From Candidatus Bathyarchaeota archaeon (GTDB lineage Archaea > Thermoproteota > Bathyarchaeia > Bathyarchaeales > Bathycorpusculaceae), in assembly GCA_963775685.1 (NCBI GenBank), contig CAVZJV010000014.1, forward strand, positions 928,001 to 992,000: a stretch of DNA of 64,000 nucleotides, in the 5' to 3' direction. Positions 1-10,405 of the stretch are shown here, one piece after another. The notes beneath the pieces are model-generated. The model searched no databases and was not told where the DNA came from. It was given only the letters and a program-made list of their open reading frames with translations. A program made the position numbers and the translations under genes. The stretch's first letter is position 1, and each line of letters starts with the position of its first letter.

Positions 1-461
1 TTATCAAATTCCCACTGTTTAATTTTGTCGAGTGTAGCTGCGACTTCGATAACTACATCGGCAGCATTTTGTCCACTCTGGATATCGTTAGTTCCAATGT
101 GGAGCAAAACAATGTCGGGAGGATTACTATTGAGCCAGCTGATTACACCATCTCTTATTTGATTTGCCTCAAAGCCCATATGCCCTTCATTATCGGTGTC
201 AAAACCCGTTCCATTCTTCTGGGAGCCAACAAAATCCACACTAAAGCCAGAGTTGTTCAAATCCAAAAAAAGACTTCCTCTATAACCATCCAACCCTGGA
301 TAACCTACAGTTATCGAGTCACCCAAAGGCATTACCTTTACAATGGCAGGAAAAGCTTTAGCTTCGGGGACAAAGAAAGAAAGAGTAGCCAACACTACAA
401 AAATAGCTATAAAACATAATAGTTTCCGAGAGTTTAGTCCAATCAAAACTGCATCGCCCAT
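1..461 (-). CDS. Secreted SGNH/GDSL hydrolase (CE3/acetyl-xylan-esterase-like), runs off the left edge of the window
   Basis: Not in the ORF track. Manual minus-strand translation from ATG 461 (alternative TTG 446) gives a signal peptide RKLLCFIAIFVVLATLSFFVPEAKA, then VMPLGDSITVG, DFVGSQ, NEGHMG and DIVLLHIGTND (SGNH blocks I-III). The frame is open to position 1. Confidence 0.9.
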   Translation of the reverse strand, partial: MGDAVLIGLNSRKLLCFIAIFVVLATLSFFVPEAKAFPAIVKVMPLGDSITVGYPGLDGYRGSLFLDLNNSGFSVDFVGSQKNGTGFDTDNEGHMGFEANQIRDGVISWLNSNPPDIVLLHIGTNDIQSGQNAADVVIEVAATLDKIKQWEFD

Positions 462-637
462 TGTGAACGCTTCAGAATAATACCATAATGATTTTCTAAG
501 TTATAGTTCAAAACTTTAGTTTTCGAAGAATGTATTACCACATCTGAATTTGCTATTAAGCCACGCTTGTTTTCTGCTGCTACAGGATTGGTTTGTCCCA
601 CTAGAGCAAGCATTGAAGAGGCTGAGAACTTTTTCAT
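443..637 (-). CDS. Possible small protein or upstream ORF, 64 aa
   Basis: GGAG lies upstream of the ATG and the TGA overlaps the alternative TTG start of the SGNH gene. No recognisable motif. Confidence 0.25.
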   Translation of the reverse strand: MKKFSASSMLALVGQTNPVAAENKRGLIANSDVVIHSSKTKVLNYNLENHYGIILKRSQWAMQF

Positions 638-729
638 AAAGTTAACTCCGTAGATTGATCTTATATTGCTTATCCATTTTCGTTTCTCATTACTTGCGTT
701 AGATTAACACTTGAATAACAACCCATAGG

Positions 730-1380
730 TTAAACTACCATTTTACGGCAATAGAATGCTTCAGAATATTTACTAAAGGAGTTAGATTCTAAACCTCGAA
801 TTCGCATCAAAGAGCGGAAACTTTCTTCTCCAAACCACTCTTTATCAGATTGACTCTTGAACGAGGTACATATATTAGAAATTTTTTTCTGAACAAGATT
901 TTCCTTCAAGTGAACATATAAGTTGGGTATTCCTAAATCTGCATCGTATTTGGCGATTTCATATTCCAGGATTAAGTGGTTACGAAATGCGTTCCATGTG
1001 AGTTCACCGATTAGTCTGTGATCTTGGTGTGCATCTTTTTTGAAATGAGTAAATATTATGTCTGGATCAAATTTCTTTTTTAAAATGACAAAGTAGTCCT
1101 TTATAGCGGCACCTTCGAAGGGAAAATATGAATCTCTGAATGCCTGAACGTCTATAATTTTTGAAGTGATATTGCTAAGAAAGCTTTCTGCGCTCCTGTG
1201 AGCTTCGTTTGCTCGTTGACCTTGGGCTGAAAAAACAACCCAGTGGAACTGGGCTTGGGGTTTTTCCTGGGCGAGTTGTAGGATTGTGCCTCCGCAGCCT
1301 ATTTCTATGTCGTCTGCATGTGCGCCTAGGCAGAGGATTTTTGGTTTTTGATTGGCACTAAAAAGGTTGATTTTATGCAT
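730..1380 (-). CDS. PIG-L/LmbE-family metal-dependent N-deacetylase
   Basis: GAHADDIEIGCGG and DAHQDH motifs; start overlaps the end of rfbF. Confidence 0.9.
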   Translation of the reverse strand: MHKINLFSANQKPKILCLGAHADDIEIGCGGTILQLAQEKPQAQFHWVVFSAQGQRANEAHRSAESFLSNITSKIIDVQAFRDSYFPFEGAAIKDYFVILKKKFDPDIIFTHFKKDAHQDHRLIGELTWNAFRNHLILEYEIAKYDADLGIPNLYVHLKENLVQKKISNICTSFKSQSDKEWFGEESFRSLMRIRGLESNSFSKYSEAFYCRKMVV

Positions 1381-2182
1381 TTGCTGAGTTTCCGTTTTTC
1401 TGGTTTTTATGATTCCAGATTTCCCAAGTTGAGGCGTTCTTTGAAGCTAGTTCATCTAATCGCTGTTTATCTTTGTATGTGTCTAAGCTCGCCCAGAACC
1501 CGTCATATTTGTAGGCAACTAATTCGTGTTTCTTTATGAGTCTTTGAAATGGTTCAAAGACTAGGTCTTCTCCAGGGTTTATGTAGTCGAATATTTGGCT
1601 CTTGAAAACAAAGAAACCTCCGTTGATCCTAAGCGCTGTTTGGTTTAATTGGCAAATGTCTTCGACGTAATCTTCGCCGTTAGATGAAACGTAATGAAAG
1701 GCAACTGAGGGCTTAACGGTTATGAAAGTACCTATTTTATTGCGATTAACAGCGAAATCAATTAGATCTGGAAGATGCAAGTCTGTTAGACCATCAGAGT
1801 AGTTTGCCAAAAACATTTCATCGTCGCCAACATATTTTTTGACAGCTAGCAATCTTTCACCTGCGGTTGAGTTCAAACCAGTCTCGGCAAAAGTAATTTT
1901 CCAGTCTTCAAGATCGCTTTTGAAGAGTCTACGTTTTTTCTTTCCACCAGATAAAACAAAATCACCCGCTAAACACTCGTCATAATTTAGGAAGAATTCT
2001 TTAATGCTCTCACCTTTATAGCCTAAGCATAGAATGAATTCTTTATGTCCGAAGTAAGAGTAGTACTTCATCAGCTGCAACATTATTGGTTGCCCTCCTA
2101 CAGAAACCAATGGTTTTGGAGTGTTCTCAGTTGAGGGATACAATCTCATGCCTAGGCCGCCACAAAATAAAACAACTTTCAT
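1373..2182 (-). CDS. rfbF: Glucose-1-phosphate cytidylyltransferase (RfbF-like)
   Basis: MKVVLFCGGLGMRL..PKPLV, CLGYKGE, NYSDGL, INGGFF and GFWASLDTYKD motifs. Start moved to ATG 2182 (GGAGG RBS, ATGA overlap with the upstream stop). Confidence 0.88.
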   Translation of the reverse strand: MKVVLFCGGLGMRLYPSTENTPKPLVSVGGQPIMLQLMKYYSYFGHKEFILCLGYKGESIKEFFLNYDECLAGDFVLSGGKKKRRLFKSDLEDWKITFAETGLNSTAGERLLAVKKYVGDDEMFLANYSDGLTDLHLPDLIDFAVNRNKIGTFITVKPSVAFHYVSSNGEDYVEDICQLNQTALRINGGFFVFKSQIFDYINPGEDLVFEPFQRLIKKHELVAYKYDGFWASLDTYKDKQRLDELASKNASTWEIWNHKNQKNGNSANA

Positions 2183-3468
2183 GCAACTTCCTCCTTTAGA
2201 ATCATATTTGTAATTTCGTTTGCTTGCGCATCGTAGATTTCTAGTTTTGGGATCGGCACGATGAAACGACCGCCCCAATTGCCGATAAACGACATCTGGC
2301 TCATCAACTCTGTTTTAATGCTCCAGGGCAAAATTAGTATGTAATCGGGCTTTGTTTCCTGAATTTTTTCAGGACCTAAAATGGGCAAGTGTACTCCTGC
2401 GAGAAACTTTCCTTGTTTGCTTGGATTGCGATCTGCCAAATAATCAAGTAAATCTGTTCCAACGCCACAATAATTTAACAAAGTATGAGCTTCCGCATGC
2501 GCGCCATATCCTATTACGGATTTTCTTTTGCTCTTAACTTTGAAAAGAGTGCTTAGGAGGTTGCCCTTAGTCTGCTCTACCTTCTTGCAGTAGGAAAAAT
2601 ATTTGTCGTCTTCTTCGAAACCGCCTATTTTTTCTGAAGCTTTTATTTGATCGGGATGACTTGTTTTGGATATTTGCTGATTTGCGGAGTGGCAAACGTA
2701 AAGTCTTAGCGAGCCTCCGTGTGTTGGGATTTGTTCTACATCGAAGACGGTTAATCCATGAGATGAAAGAAATTTTTCGATGACAAAAAAGGAAAAGTAT
2801 GAGAAGCGTTCGTGACTTATAGTATCAAACTGGTTTTTATCGATGAGGTTTTTGAGGTAATGAAACTCTATTGTAATTGTTCCTGAAGGTTTAAGCAGGG
2901 TTTTCAAACCATCTAAAAAACCATGTACGTCAGGGACTTGAGCAATCAAGTTGTTAACAATCACCAAGTCACCTTGCATATTTTGATTAGCCAAGCTCTT
3001 TGCCATTTCTTTGTCGAAGAATTCAACAATCGTTGGAATTCCCTTTTTGATTGCTTCTTCAGCCACGTTTTTTGCAGGCTCTACACCTTGAACTGGTATG
3101 TTTTTTTGTGCAAAATATTGGAGCAGGTAGCCATCATTGCTTCCAATTTCGATAACTTGATTACTAGAATTTAGTTCCAGCTTTTTCGTGATCATATCTG
3201 CGTATGTTTCGCAGTGCTTCAACCAACCTTTTGAGGAGGAGGAAAAGTATGCATACTTTTTGTACATTTCTTGGGGGGTGATTGATTCTTCCAATTGGAC
3301 TAAGAAGCAATTCTTGCAGAAGAAAATGTGTAGCGGATATGTCGGTTCTATTTCTTTTAATTGCTCAAGAGAAAGATAGGTTTCACATAGCGGTTGGACC
3401 CCAAGATCTGCAAATGTTGATTCAAGCGGCTTTCCACAGAACCTGCAAGTCAAGTTTTTGCTTACCAA
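2179..3468 (-). CDS. NDP-hexose C-methyltransferase (zinc-binding N-terminus, class I SAM domain, C-methyltransferase C-terminal domain)
   Basis: CRFC...CKNC zinc site, EIGSNDG, GVEPA, FDTISHE, THGGSLR, GYGA and D.NP.KQG motifs. Confidence 0.9.
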   Translation of the reverse strand: MVSKNLTCRFCGKPLESTFADLGVQPLCETYLSLEQLKEIEPTYPLHIFFCKNCFLVQLEESITPQEMYKKYAYFSSSSKGWLKHCETYADMITKKLELNSSNQVIEIGSNDGYLLQYFAQKNIPVQGVEPAKNVAEEAIKKGIPTIVEFFDKEMAKSLANQNMQGDLVIVNNLIAQVPDVHGFLDGLKTLLKPSGTITIEFHYLKNLIDKNQFDTISHERFSYFSFFVIEKFLSSHGLTVFDVEQIPTHGGSLRLYVCHSANQQISKTSHPDQIKASEKIGGFEEDDKYFSYCKKVEQTKGNLLSTLFKVKSKRKSVIGYGAHAEAHTLLNYCGVGTDLLDYLADRNPSKQGKFLAGVHLPILGPEKIQETKPDYILILPWSIKTELMSQMSFIGNWGGRFIVPIPKLEIYDAQANEITNMILKEEVA

Positions 3469-3509
3469 TGTTTACCATGTCCCGACATTTCTACTCATTT
3501 AAGGGATTT

Positions 3510-4559
3510 TTAATTTGTCACTCGTCTTAATGTTGCGTCGACTTCCCCTGATTTTAAACTATTCTCTAGGTGAGTTATCCGCCTGTATCTTGGGCCTTCG
3601 AATTCTTCGACCTTCAGACCAACTTTCTTGTATGCCTCGTAGAGTTGTTTTGCGCCCATGGGAACTGTCCATTGTGGTTTAAACTCGGGGAGAGCGGCGG
3701 CTATTTTGTTGAATTTTACTCTATATGAGCGGGCATCTGGTTCTGCTCCCTCGACATATTTGATCTGGGAATTGGGGACTGTTTGTTTTGCAATTTCTGC
3801 AACTTCGTTTATTCTGAAATTCTGATCATCTTTGCCCACATTGAAAAGTTGGTTATGGACTACATCCTTGGGTGCATGCAAAACTGCGATGAAAGCGCGT
3901 GATATGTCTTGAATGTGAACAAATGGTCTCCAAGCGCTGCCATCACTTTTCAGAAGAACTATTCCTTTTGTGAATGACCAGGCAATGAAGTTGTTAACGA
4001 CAAGGTCAAATCTAAGCATGGGGGATAGCCCGTATGCGGTTGATGACCGCAGTAAAGTTGGAGTAAAGTCAGAATCTCCCAGTTTTGAAATATCTCTTTC
4101 AGCTAACACTTTTGACTCTGCGTAAGGAGTAACAGGTTTAGGCTCAGTTTCTTCGTCAACTATTGGCTCTGTGGCAGCGCCATAGACGCTGCATGAAGAA
4201 GAAAGGACAAAACGCTCCACACCAGCACTTTTTGCAAGTTCAGCCAGTCTGACTGAGGCTTCATGGTTAATTTCATAGGTGACTCGTGGGTTCAGATTTC
4301 CAAGTGGGTCGTTAGATAATGCGCATAAATGCACTACAGCATCGAACCCTACTAAATCTGAACGTTCGATGTCGCGGATATCTTTTCTTAAGTAGGGAAT
4401 TTTGGCTATGGCTCCAGTAACAGATGGATTACCAAATACGCAAGAGCTAAAAAGATCGCTGTCCAAACCTGTCACTTCAAAACCGTCTGCTTGTAACATC
4501 GGCACCATTACAGTTCCGATATAACCGTTGTTTCCTGTTACCAGTACCTTCAATTTCAA
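3510..4559 (-). CDS. NAD-dependent epimerase/dehydratase (extended SDR)
   Basis: VLVTGNNGYIG, LSNDPLG, SSCSVYG and YAESK motifs. Confidence 0.92.
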   Translation of the reverse strand: MKLKVLVTGNNGYIGTVMVPMLQADGFEVTGLDSDLFSSCVFGNPSVTGAIAKIPYLRKDIRDIERSDLVGFDAVVHLCALSNDPLGNLNPRVTYEINHEASVRLAELAKSAGVERFVLSSSCSVYGAATEPIVDEETEPKPVTPYAESKVLAERDISKLGDSDFTPTLLRSSTAYGLSPMLRFDLVVNNFIAWSFTKGIVLLKSDGSAWRPFVHIQDISRAFIAVLHAPKDVVHNQLFNVGKDDQNFRINEVAEIAKQTVPNSQIKYVEGAEPDARSYRVKFNKIAAALPEFKPQWTVPMGAKQLYEAYKKVGLKVEEFEGPRYRRITHLENSLKSGEVDATLRRVTN

Positions 4560-4705
4560 TGCCTCTCCTTCTTACTTGAGAAGTCTTAATATATTAACTA
4601 TATTCTGGATAACGAATTATAGCATCAAGAATTTATGCAAACAAAGAGAAATGAAAAAAAGATGCTGTCCTTCTAATTTTGGGATCAGGTATTAAAGTTT
4701 AGTTC

Positions 4706-5893
4706 TCATGTACAAGGGAGGTACTCAGCTGAGATGCCCATATTTTCAACCATCTTTTTGATTTCATTGCAGTATATGGGGTTCATGACGATTATGGTCT
4801 GAGGGTTGTAGTCTTTTAGAAATTCTGGTGAGACAATTTGTTTGCCTACTCCTGGAATGAATTTTCCATGCCTATGAGGATTAATGTCAACAATATACTG
4901 AATTTCATCTTGAATTTCGAGTGTTGTCATGAAAGCAACGCATTTTGATCCTGATCCCCAAACAATCGCTCGTTTCTTCTCGGTTTTGATACGGTTTAGT
5001 TCGTTTTTCCAGTACTTTAGCTTTTGTTCATACCGTTCTGAGAAGAGGTTTACCATTTTAGCGGTCTCATCGATGTTTTCTTCTCCTTCAAAAGTCTTTT
5101 GTGATAGTTGATTGACTGGTTTTGCCTCGATTAGCAGGTACTGATCGAAATAGCCTTTTTCTAATTTCGTGACTTCAAAGTTGCAGGAGCGAAATAGCTG
5201 AGCCAATGATCGTAGATTGAAGTAGGAACAGTGTTCATAATAAATGTCCCAGAATGCAACTTCTTGGAGAATGCGAGAGATATCGGGCACTTCAAAGAAG
5301 ATGGGCGTTTCTTTGTTACCGATTGATTTTCTAACGGTGTTCATAAAATCGGCGGTGGGGGAAATATGTTCAAGCGTATGACGACAACAAACAAAATCGC
5401 CCAATTGGTCTGCATACTGCTCGGAGAAATAGTCTTTGATAAACTTCATTTTGTCTATAGCTTTGCTTTGGACTCCGCCGCTTACTGTTGAGGGATCGAT
5501 TCCAACCCCATAGTTATCACCTAATTCACAAAGTAATGCTAAGAAATCTCCCCTTCCGCAGCCAATCTCTGAAACATGTTTGCCATGAAGGTTATAGGCT
5601 TCAATCAGATGATTGGCTAGTTGTTGGGCGTATTTGTTAAATGTTGCCGAAAAGCCTTGTTCTTCTGGGGAGAGGGTTGCGTAATCTATTTTGGAAGGGT
5701 CAAAGGCTATGTTGGAGATGAAACCGCAATTCTTGCAGAATCCAAGAACTACGTTTCCTCGAGGAAAATTAACTGCTTCTTGTTGTGTTGAGAACATTAA
5801 ACAGCTGTTAATTGGGACGCTTTTAGCTGAATAGAAAGGTGACATACCAGGTGTTTTACAGCTTGGGCACGTATTTGGATTTGATGTTGACAT
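4706..5893 (-). CDS. Second C-methyltransferase-like class I SAM methyltransferase
   Basis: CPSC...CKNC, EIGCGRG, RHTLEH, YYEHCSYF, WGSGSK and VDINP motifs; same architecture as 2179..3468. Confidence 0.85.
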   Translation of the reverse strand: MSTSNPNTCPSCKTPGMSPFYSAKSVPINSCLMFSTQQEAVNFPRGNVVLGFCKNCGFISNIAFDPSKIDYATLSPEEQGFSATFNKYAQQLANHLIEAYNLHGKHVSEIGCGRGDFLALLCELGDNYGVGIDPSTVSGGVQSKAIDKMKFIKDYFSEQYADQLGDFVCCRHTLEHISPTADFMNTVRKSIGNKETPIFFEVPDISRILQEVAFWDIYYEHCSYFNLRSLAQLFRSCNFEVTKLEKGYFDQYLLIEAKPVNQLSQKTFEGEENIDETAKMVNLFSERYEQKLKYWKNELNRIKTEKKRAIVWGSGSKCVAFMTTLEIQDEIQYIVDINPHRHGKFIPGVGKQIVSPEFLKDYNPQTIIVMNPIYCNEIKKMVENMGISAEYLPCT

Positions 5894-6039
5894 ATTTCTG
5901 ACCCTTTTTAGTTTTTTAGTTGCTAAATAGTTGATTTGCGGGCTTCAGTCTAAAAAGGGTATCGAAGTTAAAATATTGATTTTAGAAATGGAGCCAGCAC
6001 ATTCATTTTCAACAAAAAAATCTTTTGTTTATTTAAAGA

Positions 6040-6070
6040 AGAGTTAAGAAAAGAACTAAAAAAAGAAAGA
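6040..6070 (-). terminator. Oligo-T archaeal terminator candidate
   Basis: The minus strand reads TCTTTCTTTTTTTAGTTCTTTTCTT immediately after the stop at 6073. Confidence 0.45.
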
Positions 6071-6072
6071 AT

Positions 6073-8223
6073 TTAGAATTTGATTTTTTTGGTCTTTACT
6101 AGGTATAGCAATGCAACTGCTACGATGACAATTACCACCACAACTATTGCGATTATGGTAGTCGTGGATATTCCTTCTTGGGTTGTTTTCGGTGTAGGGC
6201 TTGCAGTTGCCGTTGGGCTTGATGAGGCTGTTGCTGAAGGTGCGGGTGTTGCTGTGGGTGTGGCTGTAGCTGCTGGTTTCGGTGTTGGAGTCGCTGGTTT
6301 TGGAGTTGGATATGGTGTAGGGGATGGGGGAGCTTGAGCCCAGGTGACGTTCAATGAGTTGGTTGTGAAAGTTACGTTTTCTGCACTGGATACATCATAC
6401 ATTGATGAAACAGAGTAAATGTGACTTGTAACGGTGGTCTCTGTATCGTTGAAGTTAGCTGTCGCGTTTGAAGCAAAGAGAGCGTCATCTTTGGTTATAT
6501 TAACGAGATATCCGGTGAAAGATAGGCCGTTCTTTGTAACATTTAGATAAATGTTGACTGTATCTTTTTGGGTAATGCCGGTTTGATTAACATACAAAGT
6601 GACGTTGTACGCACTCGAGGCCCAGACTGCAGTCAACGTGTTAGTGGTAAAGGTAACGTTCTCTCCAGTAACAGCATCATACAGTGACGAAACTTTGTAG
6701 GCATGCGAGGTAGCTGTGGTTTGTTGGTCGTTAAAACTGGCTGTTGTGTTGCTAGCAAATAATACGTTATCCCTGGTGACATTGGCTAAGAAATTGGTGA
6801 ACGGTAAACCATTCTTTGTGATTGCCAAGTTTATCTTTACAGTATCTCCTTGAACCAGTGAAGACTGATTACCCGACAGAGTGATCACGTAAGTGCTTTT
6901 TGCCCAAGCGATGTTCAATGTGTTGGTTGTGAAAGTAACGTTTTCTCCAGCGATTGTATCGTATAAGTACGAAATATTGTAGGCGTGCGTACTCGAAATG
7001 TTTTGTTGATCATTGAAACTGGAAGTGACATTGCGAGCAAACAATAATCCGTCTCGGCTAGCGTTTGCAAGGAAGCCGGTGAAAGCCGCGCCGTTCTTGG
7101 TAACAGCCAGATTTATCTTTACTGTATCCTCCTGAGTTAGCCCAGTCTGATTGGCTGAAAGTGTAATTGCATAGTTGTTTAGGGTAAAGTTTGCTTGATT
7201 GCTTGCTGCCCAATTATTTGAGGTATCTTTGGCGTAGAATATTGCTGAAACTGTAGTTCCGGGGTTAGTGTTCCATATGCCCGTCAACGACGCTGTGAAA
7301 GTTTTACTGCCTTGTGCATTTATGGCTGTTTGGTTTACCCAAGTTCCTGTGTTGTTCCAGCTGGGTACGATGGTGTCGATACCGAAATCGTCAGTTACTG
7401 CGCTGCTTAGAGTAACGGGGGCGCCGATTGAATGGGAGGTTGTGGAAATTGCCCCGATGCTGGGACTTGTGAAATCTCTAGGGCCAGTCCATGTGTCGGA
7501 AAGTACTACACTGTCCGAGTATATGTGGAGTGGATAGCTTGCACCAGTGACATAACCTCCGAAAAATGCAGTTGCAATGGGATGGAGGTCGTTAGTTAGA
7601 TTCTTTAGATCTATTGTTGGTGAGGATTCAGTGATTGCAGTTTTATCTTCAGCAATCCAAACAGATACTTGACCGTTGCCAAAACCTGTTTTGACCATGA
7701 TTTCAACGTAGTACCACGTATTGGCCTTTATTTCAGGTGCAGTTGGAGTTGAGTAGTATGCGACTTCTTGTCCGCCGTTGTAATATTCAAGTTTCCAACG
7801 AATGTTTGTACCATCGTTTTGAATTGCTATTGTCCCCAAATGGGCTCCAGCTCCTGCAACGTCCATTATTCCGAAAAGATCGGTTTGAGCTCCAGCTGAT
7901 GGCAAAGTTGAGAGTCTTATGTATTCTCTATGATACAAAACTGGAACGGCTGCAAAGTTTTTGTAAACAAAAGCATATGTTCCTACTGTATCGCTAATAG
8001 AGCAATCTGCAGAGTAAAGACCCTGAAAAACGGTTGTTGTTGACATTTGCATGGAGCTTCCGGTATTTGAATTACCGGTGCCCGTCCAATTTGAGTAGTC
8101 GCCTGTTTCAAAGTTATCGGTAAAAAATGTCGCAGCCTTAACGTTTTCTGGGGATAGGATCATCATTGTACTGATTAAAATGCAAGCTAAAAGGATAATT
8201 GTTAGTGGTTTTTTGGTCTTCAT
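6073..8223 (-). CDS. Membrane-anchored surface protein: signal peptide, ConA/polysaccharide-lyase-like beta-sandwich head, stalk domain, three 94-aa repeats, Pro/Thr linker, C-terminal TM helix and basic tail
   Basis: FTDNFETGD...NTWYYVEI...YSDSVV head; many NxT/S sequons; C-terminus IIAIVVVVIVIVAVALLYLVKTKK. Confidence 0.85.
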   Translation of the reverse strand: MKTKKPLTIILLACILISTMMILSPENVKAATFFTDNFETGDYSNWTGTGNSNTGSSMQMSTTTVFQGLYSADCSISDTVGTYAFVYKNFAAVPVLYHREYIRLSTLPSAGAQTDLFGIMDVAGAGAHLGTIAIQNDGTNIRWKLEYYNGGQEVAYYSTPTAPEIKANTWYYVEIMVKTGFGNGQVSVWIAEDKTAITESSPTIDLKNLTNDLHPIATAFFGGYVTGASYPLHIYSDSVVLSDTWTGPRDFTSPSIGAISTTSHSIGAPVTLSSAVTDDFGIDTIVPSWNNTGTWVNQTAINAQGSKTFTASLTGIWNTNPGTTVSAIFYAKDTSNNWAASNQANFTLNNYAITLSANQTGLTQEDTVKINLAVTKNGAAFTGFLANASRDGLLFARNVTSSFNDQQNISSTHAYNISYLYDTIAGENVTFTTNTLNIAWAKSTYVITLSGNQSSLVQGDTVKINLAITKNGLPFTNFLANVTRDNVLFASNTTASFNDQQTTATSHAYKVSSLYDAVTGENVTFTTNTLTAVWASSAYNVTLYVNQTGITQKDTVNIYLNVTKNGLSFTGYLVNITKDDALFASNATANFNDTETTVTSHIYSVSSMYDVSSAENVTFTTNSLNVTWAQAPPSPTPYPTPKPATPTPKPAATATPTATPAPSATASSSPTATASPTPKTTQEGISTTTIIAIVVVVIVIVAVALLYLVKTKKIKF
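6330..7173 (-). repeat. Three diverged 282-bp (94-aa) intragenic repeats
   Basis: Y.ITLS.NQ...Q.DTV.I.L..TKNG..F...ENVTFTTN.L...WA units start at 7173, 6891 and 6609. Confidence 0.85.
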
Positions 8224-8893
8224 TTGAATACCTGCCGTTGATTCTTCAAAAAGTGTTATTTAAGACTTGTGATTCTCCATTGCATACATTCAACATCTGA
8301 AATACTTTAAATACTTGGAATGAGATATTTTTGGGTCACCCAACTGAATCAATTCCACGATATTTCTGGCTGTTTCTCAGCGAAATAGTTTTCACCTTTT
8401 TTGATATATATCCACATCAGGAATATGTGATTTATATTAAATCTTCCTACTCAACCAATCAATAAAATTCGTTGAAGGATTGAATGTTTGAAGCCAGCAA
8501 AATTGACACTAAATAAAGAATTCTATAAAAAGCAAAGCTGGAACCAAGCCCCAAACATTAGCATCCAAAAAAACATATCCATGAATAGGCAAAAAATGGC
8601 TCCATTAGTAAATCATTCAGTGCAAAATAGTTCACTTAACGTGCTGTGCGCGACCGAAAATAATAATCTTGTAGGAAATCCTGCTATTGTTGAGCCTGAA
8701 GACTTTACCGAATTTCTGAAAGTAAACTGGGCTTGGTTTGTTACAAACTGTCCAAAAAACAATCTGCCAAAACATGAAGCTCACATAATTGCTTTAAGGT
8801 GCAATAGCGCAATGCAATTCGAAACCAACTTCGCAAACATATCTGAGATAACATCTGTTACCAGCTTTGACAAAGCTGTCATGGAGATGAAGA

Positions 8894-10405
8894 ATGAAAG
8901 CTAAAGTTTTTGCTTCAATATTAATTCTATTAGTAATCTTAGTCACTTTAACTACCCAGGTTAATGCTTCTCCAGAGAAACGTGGCTATGTATCAATCAG
9001 CTTTGACGATGGCTTGGCAAGCACATACCAAAACGCCTATCCCATCATGCAACAGTACGACGTGAAAGGAACATTTTACATAATCACCGATTTAATACGT
9101 GACTTCTCAGGCAACAGCGAATACATGAGCATAAAAGAACTCCAAACTTTGCAGGCTAATGGAAACGAAATAGGAAGCCACAGCAAAACCCATGCCTACT
9201 TCCCTTCATTAAACGACGAGCAGACAAGGATTGAACTTGCAGATTCCCAGCAGCTTTTAAGATTCTATGGATTGACGGCAAATAACTTTGCTTATCCCTA
9301 TGGAGGCGCTAATGAACACACTGATGTTCTTGCCAAGCAGTATTATCATTCGGCTCGTTGGGCTTACACACTTGCGCCTTATACCATGGCTATTCCTTTT
9401 GACAATACCATATTGAAAGGTTACGGCGCAGAAAGAAACGACGAGTGGTTAATCCCAAACATCCAATATTATATTGACTTAGCATACTCCGAGAACAGTT
9501 GGATCGTATTTTTCTTCCATGATGTAACAAATAATTCAGAAATTGGTTTTGGACAGATAAGAACACCAGATTTTACACAGTTCATTGAATACGCGATTAA
9601 CAAAAATGTTAACATAATGACAGTCGAACAAGTGTTGGATCTAAGTGATGTGCCATCTCCAACGGTGACGCCACAGCCCACGCCTTCAACGTCACCGTCT
9701 CCCACCCCAGAGCCGACGGCAACCCCAACCCCCCAACCCACTGAAACACCCAAACCAACCATTGCACCAACCCCTACTCCAACAACTACACCTGAACCGA
9801 CAACTGAACCTACTCCGACATTTGCACCGACGCCCACACCTTCCCCGAAACCAACATCGAATCCTACACCACCCGTTACGCCAACACCAACTCCTGTTCC
9901 AACTGCGGAACCAACATCATCCCCAACACCGGAACCAACCATAACAACCACGCCTACACCCATAACAACTTTAACCCCAACAGAACCCCCAAACCCAACA
10001 GCGACGCCAGCTCCAACCAGTGAACCCACGAACACTCCAACTCAAACCCCAGAATCCACAATAACACCAACTATTCCTCCAACGACACAGAATAACATAA
10101 CACCTAAACCCACAACGAAACCAACAACCAAACCGACTCCTACACCGACATTAATACATATAACAAATGAATGGTACAACCCCAACTATGGTTCTTTACC
10201 TGCAGATACATTTGCTTTGCCCTATCATTACTGGACATATGTACCACATCCCAAGAATTACTTTGACTCAACAACAAAGTTACCTTTAACTACGGTAGCG
10301 TTTCTTTCGATGTCGTTAAGCGTGCTGATTTGTGCAGTATTGGTTTATAGTGCAAAAAGATCAACAACGGAGAACCAGAAACATAAAAATGTTGGGTTCA
10401 AATGA
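8894..10405 (+). CDS. Secreted CE4/NodB polysaccharide deacetylase with long Pro/Thr stalk and C-terminal TM anchor
   Basis: Signal peptide; SFDDG, EIGSHSKTH, FAYPYG and FFHD motifs; Pro/Thr linker at about 9655-10150. Confidence 0.92.
   Translation: MKAKVFASILILLVILVTLTTQVNASPEKRGYVSISFDDGLASTYQNAYPIMQQYDVKGTFYIITDLIRDFSGNSEYMSIKELQTLQANGNEIGSHSKTHAYFPSLNDEQTRIELADSQQLLRFYGLTANNFAYPYGGANEHTDVLAKQYYHSARWAYTLAPYTMAIPFDNTILKGYGAERNDEWLIPNIQYYIDLAYSENSWIVFFFHDVTNNSEIGFGQIRTPDFTQFIEYAINKNVNIMTVEQVLDLSDVPSPTVTPQPTPSTSPSPTPEPTATPTPQPTETPKPTIAPTPTPTTTPEPTTEPTPTFAPTPTPSPKPTSNPTPPVTPTPTPVPTAEPTSSPTPEPTITTTPTPITTLTPTEPPNPTATPAPTSEPTNTPTQTPESTITPTIPPTTQNNITPKPTTKPTTKPTPTPTLIHITNEWYNPNYGSLPADTFALPYHYWTYVPHPKNYFDSTTKLPLTTVAFLSMSLSVLICAVLVYSAKRSTTENQKHKNVGFK

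Noticed and set aside
69-419. 116-aa plus-strand ORF
   Set aside because: Antisense shadow of the SGNH hydrolase on the minus strand.
8488-8904. 138-aa ORF upstream of the CE4 gene
   Set aside because: No motifs and it spans a probable promoter region; only the last 30 codons are considered, as a possible upstream ORF.
9469-10035. Gly/Val-rich ORFs (also 6080, 41656, 45955, 59901)
   Set aside because: Antisense translations of Pro/Thr linkers.
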